A DNA stretch of 18,498 bases from Candidatus Heimdallarchaeota archaeon (lineage in GTDB: Archaea; Asgardarchaeota; Heimdallarchaeia; Heimdallarchaeales; Heimdallarchaeaceae), in the NCBI GenBank assembly GCA_019057375.1, contig DXJF01000146.1, positions 1 through 18,498 on the forward strand. Direction: 5' to 3'. This document shows positions 8,393 through 16,333 of the stretch, piece after piece. The notes beneath the pieces were generated by a model. That model did not search any database and was not told the origin of the DNA. It was given only the letters and a program-made list of their open reading frames with translations. The stretch's first letter is position 1; the number at the start of each line of letters is the position of its first letter. Both the position numbers and the translations under genes were made by a program.

Positions 8393-9784
8393 ATGACAGC
8401 AGACAATTATGATTTTTCCGATTTAATCCGTAAGAACAGGCTCTCTGGAACAGCTAGTGAATTATCTCCAGAAAGAGCTGCAACTCTAGGTGCATTGTTA
8501 GGAAGTTATCTGGGGGGTGAAGAAGCAGTTGTTGTTTCTGCAAGAGATTTTAGAAAAGATACTAGAATGATTAGTAGAGCATTTAGCGCTGGTCTGATTA
8601 GTGTAGGTACAACTGTTTTCGAACTACATGCTTGTTCTCTACCTGTCGTTCAATTTGCTCTTAAACGTTTTAGTGCTCATGCTGGAATTCATCTAGCTGC
8701 TGCTCATAGAACTTCTAATAAGATCAATGTAAGAATTTTTGATCAAACCGGTGTCGAAATTCCTTTTTCCGATATTTTTTCAAAAAACAAAGTTTCTCAA
8801 ATAACTATTAATAGATCTCAACCTCAAAAAATAGCTGCTATTTTATCTGTAAAACAAGCTAATGATCTCTATCGAGCAGCTATCAGTTCAGCTGTAGGAA
8901 CAGAAATTTTGAAACAGCAGAATTATTCAGTTGTTGCAGATTGTGCCTTTGGACCAGTATCAGAAGTTTTCCCCAATATTTTAGCCGAGCAAGGATGCAA
9001 TGTACTTACACTAAATGCGTTCAAACCCGAAGGAATACCTGAATCCTTACCTAGCCCAGTGTCACTATCAATTTTATCTAGGACAATCGTAGCAGCAAAT
9101 GGTGATTTAGGTATAGCATTTGATCCTAGCGGTTCAAGAGCTCTTTACCTAGACGAACATGGTAGAATGATAGATCCTTGCATAATTGTAACAATTCTTC
9201 TCCAGAACAAGTTAATTGGAAGACAGAAAGGGAAAGTAGTTCTATCTCATACATTATGGCCTCTTGAAACATGGCTTAAAGATAATGGAATAGAGGTCAT
9301 TTTTTCGAATGAATATCCTGGAGAGATTGCTAAAACGATACAATTTCACCGAGCAATGTTTGGAGCTAACGAACAAGGTAATTATATTCATCCAACTATT
9401 TCTAATGAATCTGAACCCTTTATATCAACAATCTTGCTTTTATCATCTTTTGCAAGAGATGAGAAACACAAGTATATTTCCACCTTTGTTGAAGCACGAG
9501 ATATATGCAATAAAGAGATATTCGAAGAGAAATCTTATTCTCTTGTCTCGAACCCAGAATTGTTCTTAAAAAAGATATATGAGAAGGATAGTCAAAACAT
9601 GATAATAAATACATTAAACGGTATTAAGATCATTCATGGTGACAGACAATGGAGCCATATCTTCAGCACTATTATTCCTAGTAGAATTGCAATAAAAGTC
9701 TGTGCTGAGAATAGTGAAGATAGAGAAAGAATAATGAATGAAACCTATCAAATGGTCGAAACGCTTGATGGTGAGCTATCTTGA
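8393..9784 (+). CDS. Alpha-D-phosphohexomutase (PMM/PGM) superfamily protein with degenerate catalytic motifs (probable pseudoenzyme)
   Basis: Full-length fold signatures are present: VVSARDFR, RAFSAGLISVG, SVVADCAFG, GDLGIAFD, NGIKI..GD..WSHI. The phosphoserine loop reads LAAAHR instead of T-x-S-H-N, and the metal loop reads DPSGSR instead of DxDxDR. Confidence 0.85.
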   Translation: MTADNYDFSDLIRKNRLSGTASELSPERAATLGALLGSYLGGEEAVVVSARDFRKDTRMISRAFSAGLISVGTTVFELHACSLPVVQFALKRFSAHAGIHLAAAHRTSNKINVRIFDQTGVEIPFSDIFSKNKVSQITINRSQPQKIAAILSVKQANDLYRAAISSAVGTEILKQQNYSVVADCAFGPVSEVFPNILAEQGCNVLTLNAFKPEGIPESLPSPVSLSILSRTIVAANGDLGIAFDPSGSRALYLDEHGRMIDPCIIVTILLQNKLIGRQKGKVVLSHTLWPLETWLKDNGIEVIFSNEYPGEIAKTIQFHRAMFGANEQGNYIHPTISNESEPFISTILLLSSFARDEKHKYISTFVEARDICNKEIFEEKSYSLVSNPELFLKKIYEKDSQNMIINTLNGIKIIHGDRQWSHIFSTIIPSRIAIKVCAENSEDRERIMNETYQMVETLDGELS

Positions 9785-9933
9785 AAAAAGTGATTAAAAA
9801 GGTAAAGAATGAGGAAGAGAAGATTAATGTGTGTTTGAAATGTGGGAGACCCATAGCTAAAAGAGAAAAGTTCTGTATGAGTTGTGGGATTATAATCAAC
9901 ATTCGACAACATTATCCGCATAACCTCTTATGA
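9781..9933 (+). CDS. 50-aa zinc-ribbon microprotein (not in ORF track)
   Basis: TTG 9781 overlaps the TGA of the upstream gene (TTGA); in-frame GTG 9790 is an alternative start. Translation: MKKVIKKVKNEEEKINVCLKCGRPIAKREKFCMSCGIIINIRQHYPHNLL*. CxxCG-x8-FCxxCG is the classic single zinc-ribbon pattern. Confidence 0.78.
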   Translation: MKKVIKKVKNEEEKINVCLKCGRPIAKREKFCMSCGIIINIRQHYPHNLL

Positions 9934-9994
9934 ATCCTTAAAAAATCCTCATTATTCAACAAAATTAAAGAATGAGTACTTTTAGTATTTCTTA

Positions 9995-11719
9995 ATGACC
10001 AAAGGATATCTCAATTTTGTTCTGCATGGCCACTTACCTTTTGTCCTAGAACAAGGCGTGTGGCCCCATGGTGAAGTTTGGCTCTATGAAGCAGCAGCTG
10101 AAACTTATACCCCCACACTTTCTATGTTATCAAATCTAAGTGAAAATGAAGGATTCTCAAATCTGTTAACTATTGGTTTAACTCCTGTATTAAGTGAACA
10201 ATTAGCGCATCCTCGATTCAAAGCGGGTTTTGAGAATTATCTTGATGATAGGATTAACACTAGTTATAAAGATAAAGATCATTTCAACTGGATAGGTGAA
10301 AGTGATTTAGCACATCTTGCAGAAAGATGGGCAAACTACTACTCTTCTGTAAGGCAGCAATTCGTTGAAAGATTCAATCGAAACTTAACTGATGGTTATA
10401 GAGATCTTCAAGATAAAGGAGTTATTGAAATTATCACTAGTGGTCTAACTCATGGATATCTTCCTCTTCTTGGAAAAGAAGAATCTGTTAATGCACAAAT
10501 CAAAGCAGGGCAAAGTATTTACAAGCATCGATTTGGAGGTAATGATTCTCAAGGTTTTTGGCTTCCTGAATTAGCTTATAGACCTGGTTATAAATGGAAA
10601 AATCCTGTTACAGGAGAAGTTATAGATCGAAAGGGTGTAGACTATTATCTACAGAAAAACAATGTCAAATACTTCCTCGTTGATACCCCTCTGCTGAAAG
10701 GTGGAAAGGGAATTGGAGCTTATCTTGATAGATTTGATGCATTGAAATTCCTTTGGAATCAATTTGAAAAAGAAAAACCAGAGATTAAAGGATATGATCT
10801 AACACCTTACAGACCGTATATTGTAGAAGATTCTAAAGAATATGATAATAAAATCAATTTCTTTACAAGAGATACAAAGACTGGAGTAATGGTTTGGTCT
10901 GGAGATATTGGTTTCCCAGGTGATGAATATTACTTAGAATTTCACAAGAAGCATTTTCCAAGTGGAAATAGATATTGGAGAACAACTGGAAAGGATGTAG
11001 ATTTAGGGAACAAGGAAATCTATAATGACCTAAAAACAGTTGAGAGATTGGATGAAAATTCCGAGCATTTCTTCAAAATAACTAAAGAAACTCTTTTAGA
11101 AAATTACAATAATACATCAGAACCAGGAATTCTTGTCAGCCCTTATGATTTTGAGCTATTTGGACATTGGTGGATGGAAGGAATCGGGTTTCTAGAGAGA
11201 GTACTCAAACATGTTTACAATGATGATGAAATAGAGACTACAACTAGTAAAAATTATCTAAAATTGTATCCACCTGATGAAGAAACCTTTGTCTCCCTTC
11301 CTGAAGGATCATGGGGTGAAGGTAATTTCCATTGGATATGGTTGAATGATAACACTAAGTGGTGCTGGAAATATATATACGAAGTAGAAGATCTTTATCT
11401 GGAAGCACTTAAGGAATTCAAAAACACTAACTACCCCCTATTTGATGTTGCTAAAAGGCTTATTAATCAATTAGGTAGAGAGTTATTCTTGCTATCCTCT
11501 TCAGACTGGGAGTTTCTTATATCGACTTGGGCAGCTCGTGACTATGCAGAACATAGAATTACAACACACTATGAGCATTTCAAAAAATTATTAGTTCTTT
11601 TTAAGAAATGTAAAACTGATAGTTTGTCTACTACTGAATATCAATTGCTAGAAAAAATAGAGAAGGAAGATAGTATTGCTTGGGAACAGGATGTCTATAA
11701 ATGGTTTGAGCTTCCTTAG
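9995..11719 (+). CDS. GH57 1,4-alpha-glucan branching enzyme (DUF1957-type)
   Basis: GH57 branching-enzyme motifs: LHGHLPFV, EAAAETYTP, THGYLPLL, GFWLPELAY (nucleophile E192), FHKK, YWRTT, SPYDFELFGHWW.EG (acid/base D385), EGSWG, SSDWEF. Confidence 0.93.
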   Translation: MTKGYLNFVLHGHLPFVLEQGVWPHGEVWLYEAAAETYTPTLSMLSNLSENEGFSNLLTIGLTPVLSEQLAHPRFKAGFENYLDDRINTSYKDKDHFNWIGESDLAHLAERWANYYSSVRQQFVERFNRNLTDGYRDLQDKGVIEIITSGLTHGYLPLLGKEESVNAQIKAGQSIYKHRFGGNDSQGFWLPELAYRPGYKWKNPVTGEVIDRKGVDYYLQKNNVKYFLVDTPLLKGGKGIGAYLDRFDALKFLWNQFEKEKPEIKGYDLTPYRPYIVEDSKEYDNKINFFTRDTKTGVMVWSGDIGFPGDEYYLEFHKKHFPSGNRYWRTTGKDVDLGNKEIYNDLKTVERLDENSEHFFKITKETLLENYNNTSEPGILVSPYDFELFGHWWMEGIGFLERVLKHVYNDDEIETTTSKNYLKLYPPDEETFVSLPEGSWGEGNFHWIWLNDNTKWCWKYIYEVEDLYLEALKEFKNTNYPLFDVAKRLINQLGRELFLLSSSDWEFLISTWAARDYAEHRITTHYEHFKKLLVLFKKCKTDSLSTTEYQLLEKIEKEDSIAWEQDVYKWFELP

Positions 11720-13188
11720 ATAATCTTTTTAATTTTTCTTAATTTTGCTTTTAAATAGACTTTTTGCCATTGTTTAGCTGCATTCTTCCAAGAGAAATCT
11801 TTATTCATTATGTTCTTCTGCAATTTTACAAACTTTGGTCTATTCTGTTTATAGAGATTAACAGCTCTTTCAACAGCTTCAAAGAATTTATCAGCGTTTA
11901 TTCTTTCAAACACAAAACCTGATCCTCCCCCTGTTTCTTCATTATAATCTTGAACTGTATCAGCTAACCCTCCAGTTTTCCTGACTATTGGAACAGTACC
12001 ATAAAGCATGGAGTACAATTGATTCAACCCGCATGGCTCGTATTTACTTGGCATAAGAAAGAAATCTGACCCTGCTTCGATTTGATGAGCTAACCTGTTG
12101 TCAAATTCAATGTTAATTGAGCAATCTTGAGGATATTTCTTTTCTTTATTTTTGAAGCTCTTCTCTAATTTTGGATCTCCTGTTCCTAGTAGAACAAACT
12201 GAACACCAAGATCCATAATTTTTGTAAATTTCTTTAAGATTAAATCCAAACCTTTCTGAGTTGCTAATCTTGTAATAATTCCTAATAAGGGTTTATCAGA
12301 TACATCTAGATTGAGCTTATCTTGGAGATAATTCTTGCAATCTTCTTTACCTTTCAGACTCCTAGAATCATAATTTTTTGGAATAAGTTCATCTGTTTTT
12401 GGATTCCACACAGTAAGATCAATTCCATGAACAATTCCATAAAGATCATCTTTTCTTGTTTTAATTATCTTCTCCAACCCATATCCAAATTGCTTTGTTT
12501 GAATTTCTTCAGCATATTTTGAGCTTACAGTGGTGAGAACATCAGTGTACACTATTCCAGCTTTCATGAAATTTATATGGCCATGAAAACCTGAAAGATT
12601 ATCATCAAGATATATTTCAGGGATGTTTGCATCTTCTATTGACTCAAAACCATATACTCCTTGGTAACCAATATTATGGATGGTAAAAACAGATTTAGCA
12701 TTTTTGAATAAATTATGTTCTCCATACTCAGTTTTCAAGAAGAAAGGTAATAACCCGGAGTGCCAGTCATTTACATGGAAAATATCAACAGGTGCTTCTA
12801 GTAGCTCTAAAGCTGTAAAAATTGATTTCATAAAGCTGATGAATCTAATGGGACTGTCTGGATAATCTTCACCATCCTCACCAACGTAAATACCCTCTCG
12901 ATAAAGATAAGTGTTTTTTATGAAATAGACAGGTATTTCACTATCAGGATGAGTTGTTTCATATAAATCGAAAACAACCTCTACCTTATCACCAACATGT
13001 GCTAGAAGATCTTTCTTAACTAATTTGATATTATGTTTCTCAACATCTATGCTTTTGTACAAAGGTGTGAATATACTAACATTATGTCCAAGTTGTTCCA
13101 TTGCTTTTGGTATTGCAGATGAAACGTCTCCTAATCCACCTGTTTTTGAATAAGGTACAACTTCAGCAGATACAAATACTATCTTCAT
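11716..13188 (-). CDS. glgA: Glycogen/starch synthase, GT5, bacterial GlgA type
   Basis: AEVVPYSKTGGLGDV (KTGGL), HVNDWH, FTIHNIGYQG, TTVS.KYAEEI, ITRLATQKG, MPSKYEPCGLNQL, PIVRKTGGLADTV. Confidence 0.95.
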   Translation of the reverse strand: MKIVFVSAEVVPYSKTGGLGDVSSAIPKAMEQLGHNVSIFTPLYKSIDVEKHNIKLVKKDLLAHVGDKVEVVFDLYETTHPDSEIPVYFIKNTYLYREGIYVGEDGEDYPDSPIRFISFMKSIFTALELLEAPVDIFHVNDWHSGLLPFFLKTEYGEHNLFKNAKSVFTIHNIGYQGVYGFESIEDANIPEIYLDDNLSGFHGHINFMKAGIVYTDVLTTVSSKYAEEIQTKQFGYGLEKIIKTRKDDLYGIVHGIDLTVWNPKTDELIPKNYDSRSLKGKEDCKNYLQDKLNLDVSDKPLLGIITRLATQKGLDLILKKFTKIMDLGVQFVLLGTGDPKLEKSFKNKEKKYPQDCSINIEFDNRLAHQIEAGSDFFLMPSKYEPCGLNQLYSMLYGTVPIVRKTGGLADTVQDYNEETGGGSGFVFERINADKFFEAVERAVNLYKQNRPKFVKLQKNIMNKDFSWKNAAKQWQKVYLKAKLRKIKKII

Positions 13189-13190
13189 TT

Positions 13191-14333
13191 TTATTCCTCT
13201 ATTTTTGATACAATATCTACTATTCTTTTGATTATGTCGTTTGATAGGTTAAAAATTATTTGTTGCGAATCCTCTGATAAATCCTCAATCATTTTACCTA
13301 AAGTATTTCGTTGGAATTTGAGACCAGTATGAATTAATTCTGGTCCCCAACTATATCGCGATGCCCACCAAAACTGGCATGAATACTGCGCTGCATGATA
13401 GTCATCTATCCAATCTCCATTCGTTAAATATTGCTTTATTTGATCCAGCAATCTCAGATGAGTTTGTTGTAGCTGATGAACAGGGTTTGCAGGATGATCC
13501 CAGAGTGGGTAGGGGATACTATCCTTCAAATCCTCTTCAGAAGTTGACCAAGAAGAAGAAGTAATATTTGTAATAACTCTGGTAATTGGATATTTCTCTA
13601 CACATTCAGAGAGAGTAAAAGTGTCTATCATAGCTGTTAGTTCAAAGAAAAATTCATAGTACTCGTCATGGTGTTCTCCAAATGTTTCTAAATCCATGGC
13701 AAGGATGACGGGATAATCCCTCATTTTATATTTGATCTGAAGTTCTCTAAATCCTATAGAAACATCTCTTTTGAAATGATCAAAAGAAATCTTGTTGCTA
13801 ATCTCTTTATCTCGCTTAATAGTTAATATGCTCTTACCATTTTCCAGAAAATAATTCCCTCCTATTAACTGGAAATAGCTATTTTCTGGCACTACTACTA
13901 TTTCATATTTCTTCTCAATAAGTTGAGGAATGATATCTTCAGAAACAGCTAATTCGGGGGGGAAGAATACCTTTGTACTGCCCCCTAAAATATTGTGACT
14001 AAACTCCTTTTGCTTCCCTATTTGATATTTCTGATTATCAATGGTAATCAAAGGTAAAATGGGATGGTAGAAAGCTGATCCCATTAGTTCGATTTGATCT
14101 GCTAGAATAGCTCTCTCAATTAACGATAAAACATCTGGATAATCAACAGCTAATTTTTCCAACAAACATCCAGAGATATTTAATGTAATTTTGGTGTGCT
14201 TATTTTTTAATAGATTCTCAAAGAATGGTATATAACAGTTAGTTATGATTCTATCTAGAATCTCTCTTTTTTGTGTAATTGGTTGGTAAGCATGTAAAAT
14301 GAAAACTGCTGGTACAGACTCTCTATTTGCCAT
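13191..14333 (-). CDS. Compact GH57 glycoside hydrolase (amylolytic; specificity uncertain)
   Basis: LHAYQP (CSR-1), GSAFYHPILPL, FFPPELA (nucleophile E127), AMDLETFGEH (acid/base D214), SSWS, AQYSCQFWW. Its stop is 2 nt from the glgA start. Confidence 0.88.
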   Translation of the reverse strand: MANRESVPAVFILHAYQPITQKREILDRIITNCYIPFFENLLKNKHTKITLNISGCLLEKLAVDYPDVLSLIERAILADQIELMGSAFYHPILPLITIDNQKYQIGKQKEFSHNILGGSTKVFFPPELAVSEDIIPQLIEKKYEIVVVPENSYFQLIGGNYFLENGKSILTIKRDKEISNKISFDHFKRDVSIGFRELQIKYKMRDYPVILAMDLETFGEHHDEYYEFFFELTAMIDTFTLSECVEKYPITRVITNITSSSWSTSEEDLKDSIPYPLWDHPANPVHQLQQTHLRLLDQIKQYLTNGDWIDDYHAAQYSCQFWWASRYSWGPELIHTGLKFQRNTLGKMIEDLSEDSQQIIFNLSNDIIKRIVDIVSKIEE

Positions 14334-14342
14334 GGTTGTTAC

Positions 14343-14354
14343 CCCAATATTGGG
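14343..14354. repeat. Perfect 12-bp palindrome CCCAATATTGGG in the 22-bp gap between the GalT-like and GH57 genes
   Basis: Self-complementary by inspection; function unknown. Confidence 0.8.
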
Positions 14355-14355
14355 C

Positions 14356-15558
14356 TTATTTAACTTCTTTTAAGCTTTCCCTCATTATAGCAGCTACATC
14401 TTCTGGAAACATTGTTGCTATTCTGTAGGTTTCCATAATCTCTGCTCCACCAATTCTTTGTATAGGAATAATATCTATAATTAGATGCATTCCCGATTCA
14501 TATCCAACATTATCCTGTCTGAAAAGTATATTTCTGTCTTGCAATAAATGCATACTTGGGTTAGTGCCTTTGATGAAGTTATCAAGAGCTTTGTTAGCAA
14601 TAACCATAACCTCTGCTAAATCTGTTATTTGCTTATCATCTAGATAGATAAATTGTGAAACATGTCTCTTAGGAAATAATCTAAGTTGACCATCTCTCTC
14701 TGGTGAAAAAGCTGTTACAACTAACCATTCATCATTTTCAAACACTGTTCTCTCGTTGAGAAGTAAATCTTGTCCTATAGGATCTATAATTTTTCTATCT
14801 CCTTTTGATAGCTCGCAAGCAAGACAATAATTCATATTATTCTTTAATTTCTTATGAAAACCTGGAACACTTAGAAAGCCAAGAGAAGTCCACCCATGTC
14901 CAATTTCATTTGCATAAATATAAGTCTGTGAATGTAAATGACATATACTCGCTCCTGCTTCTTCACCTATGTTAAAGAAATGAAGCAAAGTTAGTTTTTC
15001 TGTGTTATATTTTGCTTTAAGTTCTGAAATTGAATTCTTTTGGGCTAATCTTGTTGTGAAGAGAAGCTTTTCAACTTCCTCGATAGGAACTTCAGTCAAA
15101 GTATCATAATGGTTAGTAAGCAGATGTACTAATCCTATCCCTACGCTCTTATCTCGAATAGAAGTTATTTGCTGTACATTATCATAGAGGACTCTTGCCA
15201 TAGGTGTAAACAAGTTGACAATGGATATAGCTCTGTGATCAGTTAATTTTGATTTAGCTGAATTTATACTAAGAGCATCTTCAACTTTTTCTGAATCCTT
15301 TGATAGAAGAACAGCAGGAAGAGTCCCTTCAACTACTTTACAAAAAGAATCATCCTTAGGAGAATGAAAAATTTCGTCTTTATCATTATTATGTTCAAAT
15401 GGTCTATTTCCTCTAATAAGAGAAAATTGTGTAATATGACCTACCTTAGTGTTGAACTCATTAATTATAGTTCTAAATGAGTCAAACCTTTCTAAAGGCA
15501 TATTTTCTATGTTTTTGTAAATACCCCAGTGACCTTCCTCTACCAAATAGTTCACCAT
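14356..15558 (-). CDS. GalT-like hexose-1-phosphate nucleotidyltransferase (HIT/GalT superfamily; donor specificity unknown)
   Basis: N-terminal RGNRP; IVNLFTPM (NKF/YP-like); catalytic loop AGASICHLHSQ (H-x-H-x-Q, 14926-14940); second-half CLAC, RLFPKRH, MHLIIDIIP; C-terminal PEDVAAIMRE typical of this subfamily. Confidence 0.85.
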   Translation of the reverse strand: MVNYLVEEGHWGIYKNIENMPLERFDSFRTIINEFNTKVGHITQFSLIRGNRPFEHNNDKDEIFHSPKDDSFCKVVEGTLPAVLLSKDSEKVEDALSINSAKSKLTDHRAISIVNLFTPMARVLYDNVQQITSIRDKSVGIGLVHLLTNHYDTLTEVPIEEVEKLLFTTRLAQKNSISELKAKYNTEKLTLLHFFNIGEEAGASICHLHSQTYIYANEIGHGWTSLGFLSVPGFHKKLKNNMNYCLACELSKGDRKIIDPIGQDLLLNERTVFENDEWLVVTAFSPERDGQLRLFPKRHVSQFIYLDDKQITDLAEVMVIANKALDNFIKGTNPSMHLLQDRNILFRQDNVGYESGMHLIIDIIPIQRIGGAEIMETYRIATMFPEDVAAIMRESLKEVK

Positions 15559-15682
15559 TAACAGTCACACTGCCAAAAGTATTGTTCTTAAAATTGACGA
15601 TAGGACTCTTTTTTATTCTCTCTTCGTAAAAGAAGATTTTTAAACATAGGAGTAAGAATACCCACATAATAAAGTGAGAGCT

Positions 15683-16315
15683 ATGTTGGGAAAAGTTCAT
15701 TCGCTTAATCCAATTCTTTTCAAAGATATGATGATAGAAAGTCACGAACAAATTGCAAAAGAGAAAGAAAATATCAATGCGATTAATGTTTTTCCAATTC
15801 CTGATGGAGATACTGGCTCTAACATCTATTACACTTTACGAGCTATTGTTGATGAAGTGAACTTAGTTAATGAGGGAAATGGAAATGAGATTTTCCAAGC
15901 TATTAGTAAGGGAAGCTTTGTTGGAGCTAAAGGCAACTCTGGTGTCATTTATTCTCAATTTCTTATAGGTGTTGTTGATTATTTGGATACTGCTAAAGAA
16001 GTCACTCCTACTACATTCACAGAAGCTCTTAAGGATGGAACAGAATTTGCCTATGAATCTGTTCTTAACCCAACTGAAGGAACAATTTTGACTGTTATGA
16101 AAGAAGTTACAGAAAAAGCTGTTGAACTTATCTCTCAGAATCCTGAAATCAATTGGATAGATTTTATCAATATTCTAGTTGAAACCAGCTGGGATTGTCT
16201 AGAAAGAACTAAAGAAATGCTAGATGTTCTAAAAGAAGCTAATGTGGTAGATGCAGGTGCAAAAGGGTTTGTTCATATTCTTGAATCATGGCGAGATATT
16301 ATTGTGAAAGAATAA
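15683..16315 (+). CDS. Stand-alone DAK2/DhaL domain protein closely resembling the N-terminal kinase domain of fatty acid kinase FakA
   Basis: INAINVFPIPDGDTGSN, GAKGNSGVIYSQF, AYESVLNPTEGTILTV, LKEANVVDAGAKG. Ends after about 210 aa. GTG 15674 is an alternative start. Confidence 0.9.
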   Translation: MLGKVHSLNPILFKDMMIESHEQIAKEKENINAINVFPIPDGDTGSNIYYTLRAIVDEVNLVNEGNGNEIFQAISKGSFVGAKGNSGVIYSQFLIGVVDYLDTAKEVTPTTFTEALKDGTEFAYESVLNPTEGTILTVMKEVTEKAVELISQNPEINWIDFINILVETSWDCLERTKEMLDVLKEANVVDAGAKGFVHILESWRDIIVKE

Positions 16316-16333
16316 GTTATAGAAGCTGATTCA

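Noticed and set aside
8393-9784. Calling the mutase homologue a pseudogene or an active PGM/PMM
   Set aside because: The frame is intact and full length, so it is not a pseudogene; the catalytic Ser and metal ligands are missing, so no glmM/pgm symbol is given.
9309-9902. Three short ORFs (9309-9569 +, 9420-9614 -, 9678-9902 -)
   Set aside because: Out-of-frame or antisense to the mutase-like gene and the zinc ribbon, which have clear motifs.
12322-13564. Short + strand ORFs (12322-12522, 12680-12865, 13361-13564)
   Set aside because: Antisense to glgA and GH57; no motifs.
15482-15751. 89-aa - strand ORF across the divergent promoter region
   Set aside because: Overlaps two well-supported genes and has no recognisable domain.
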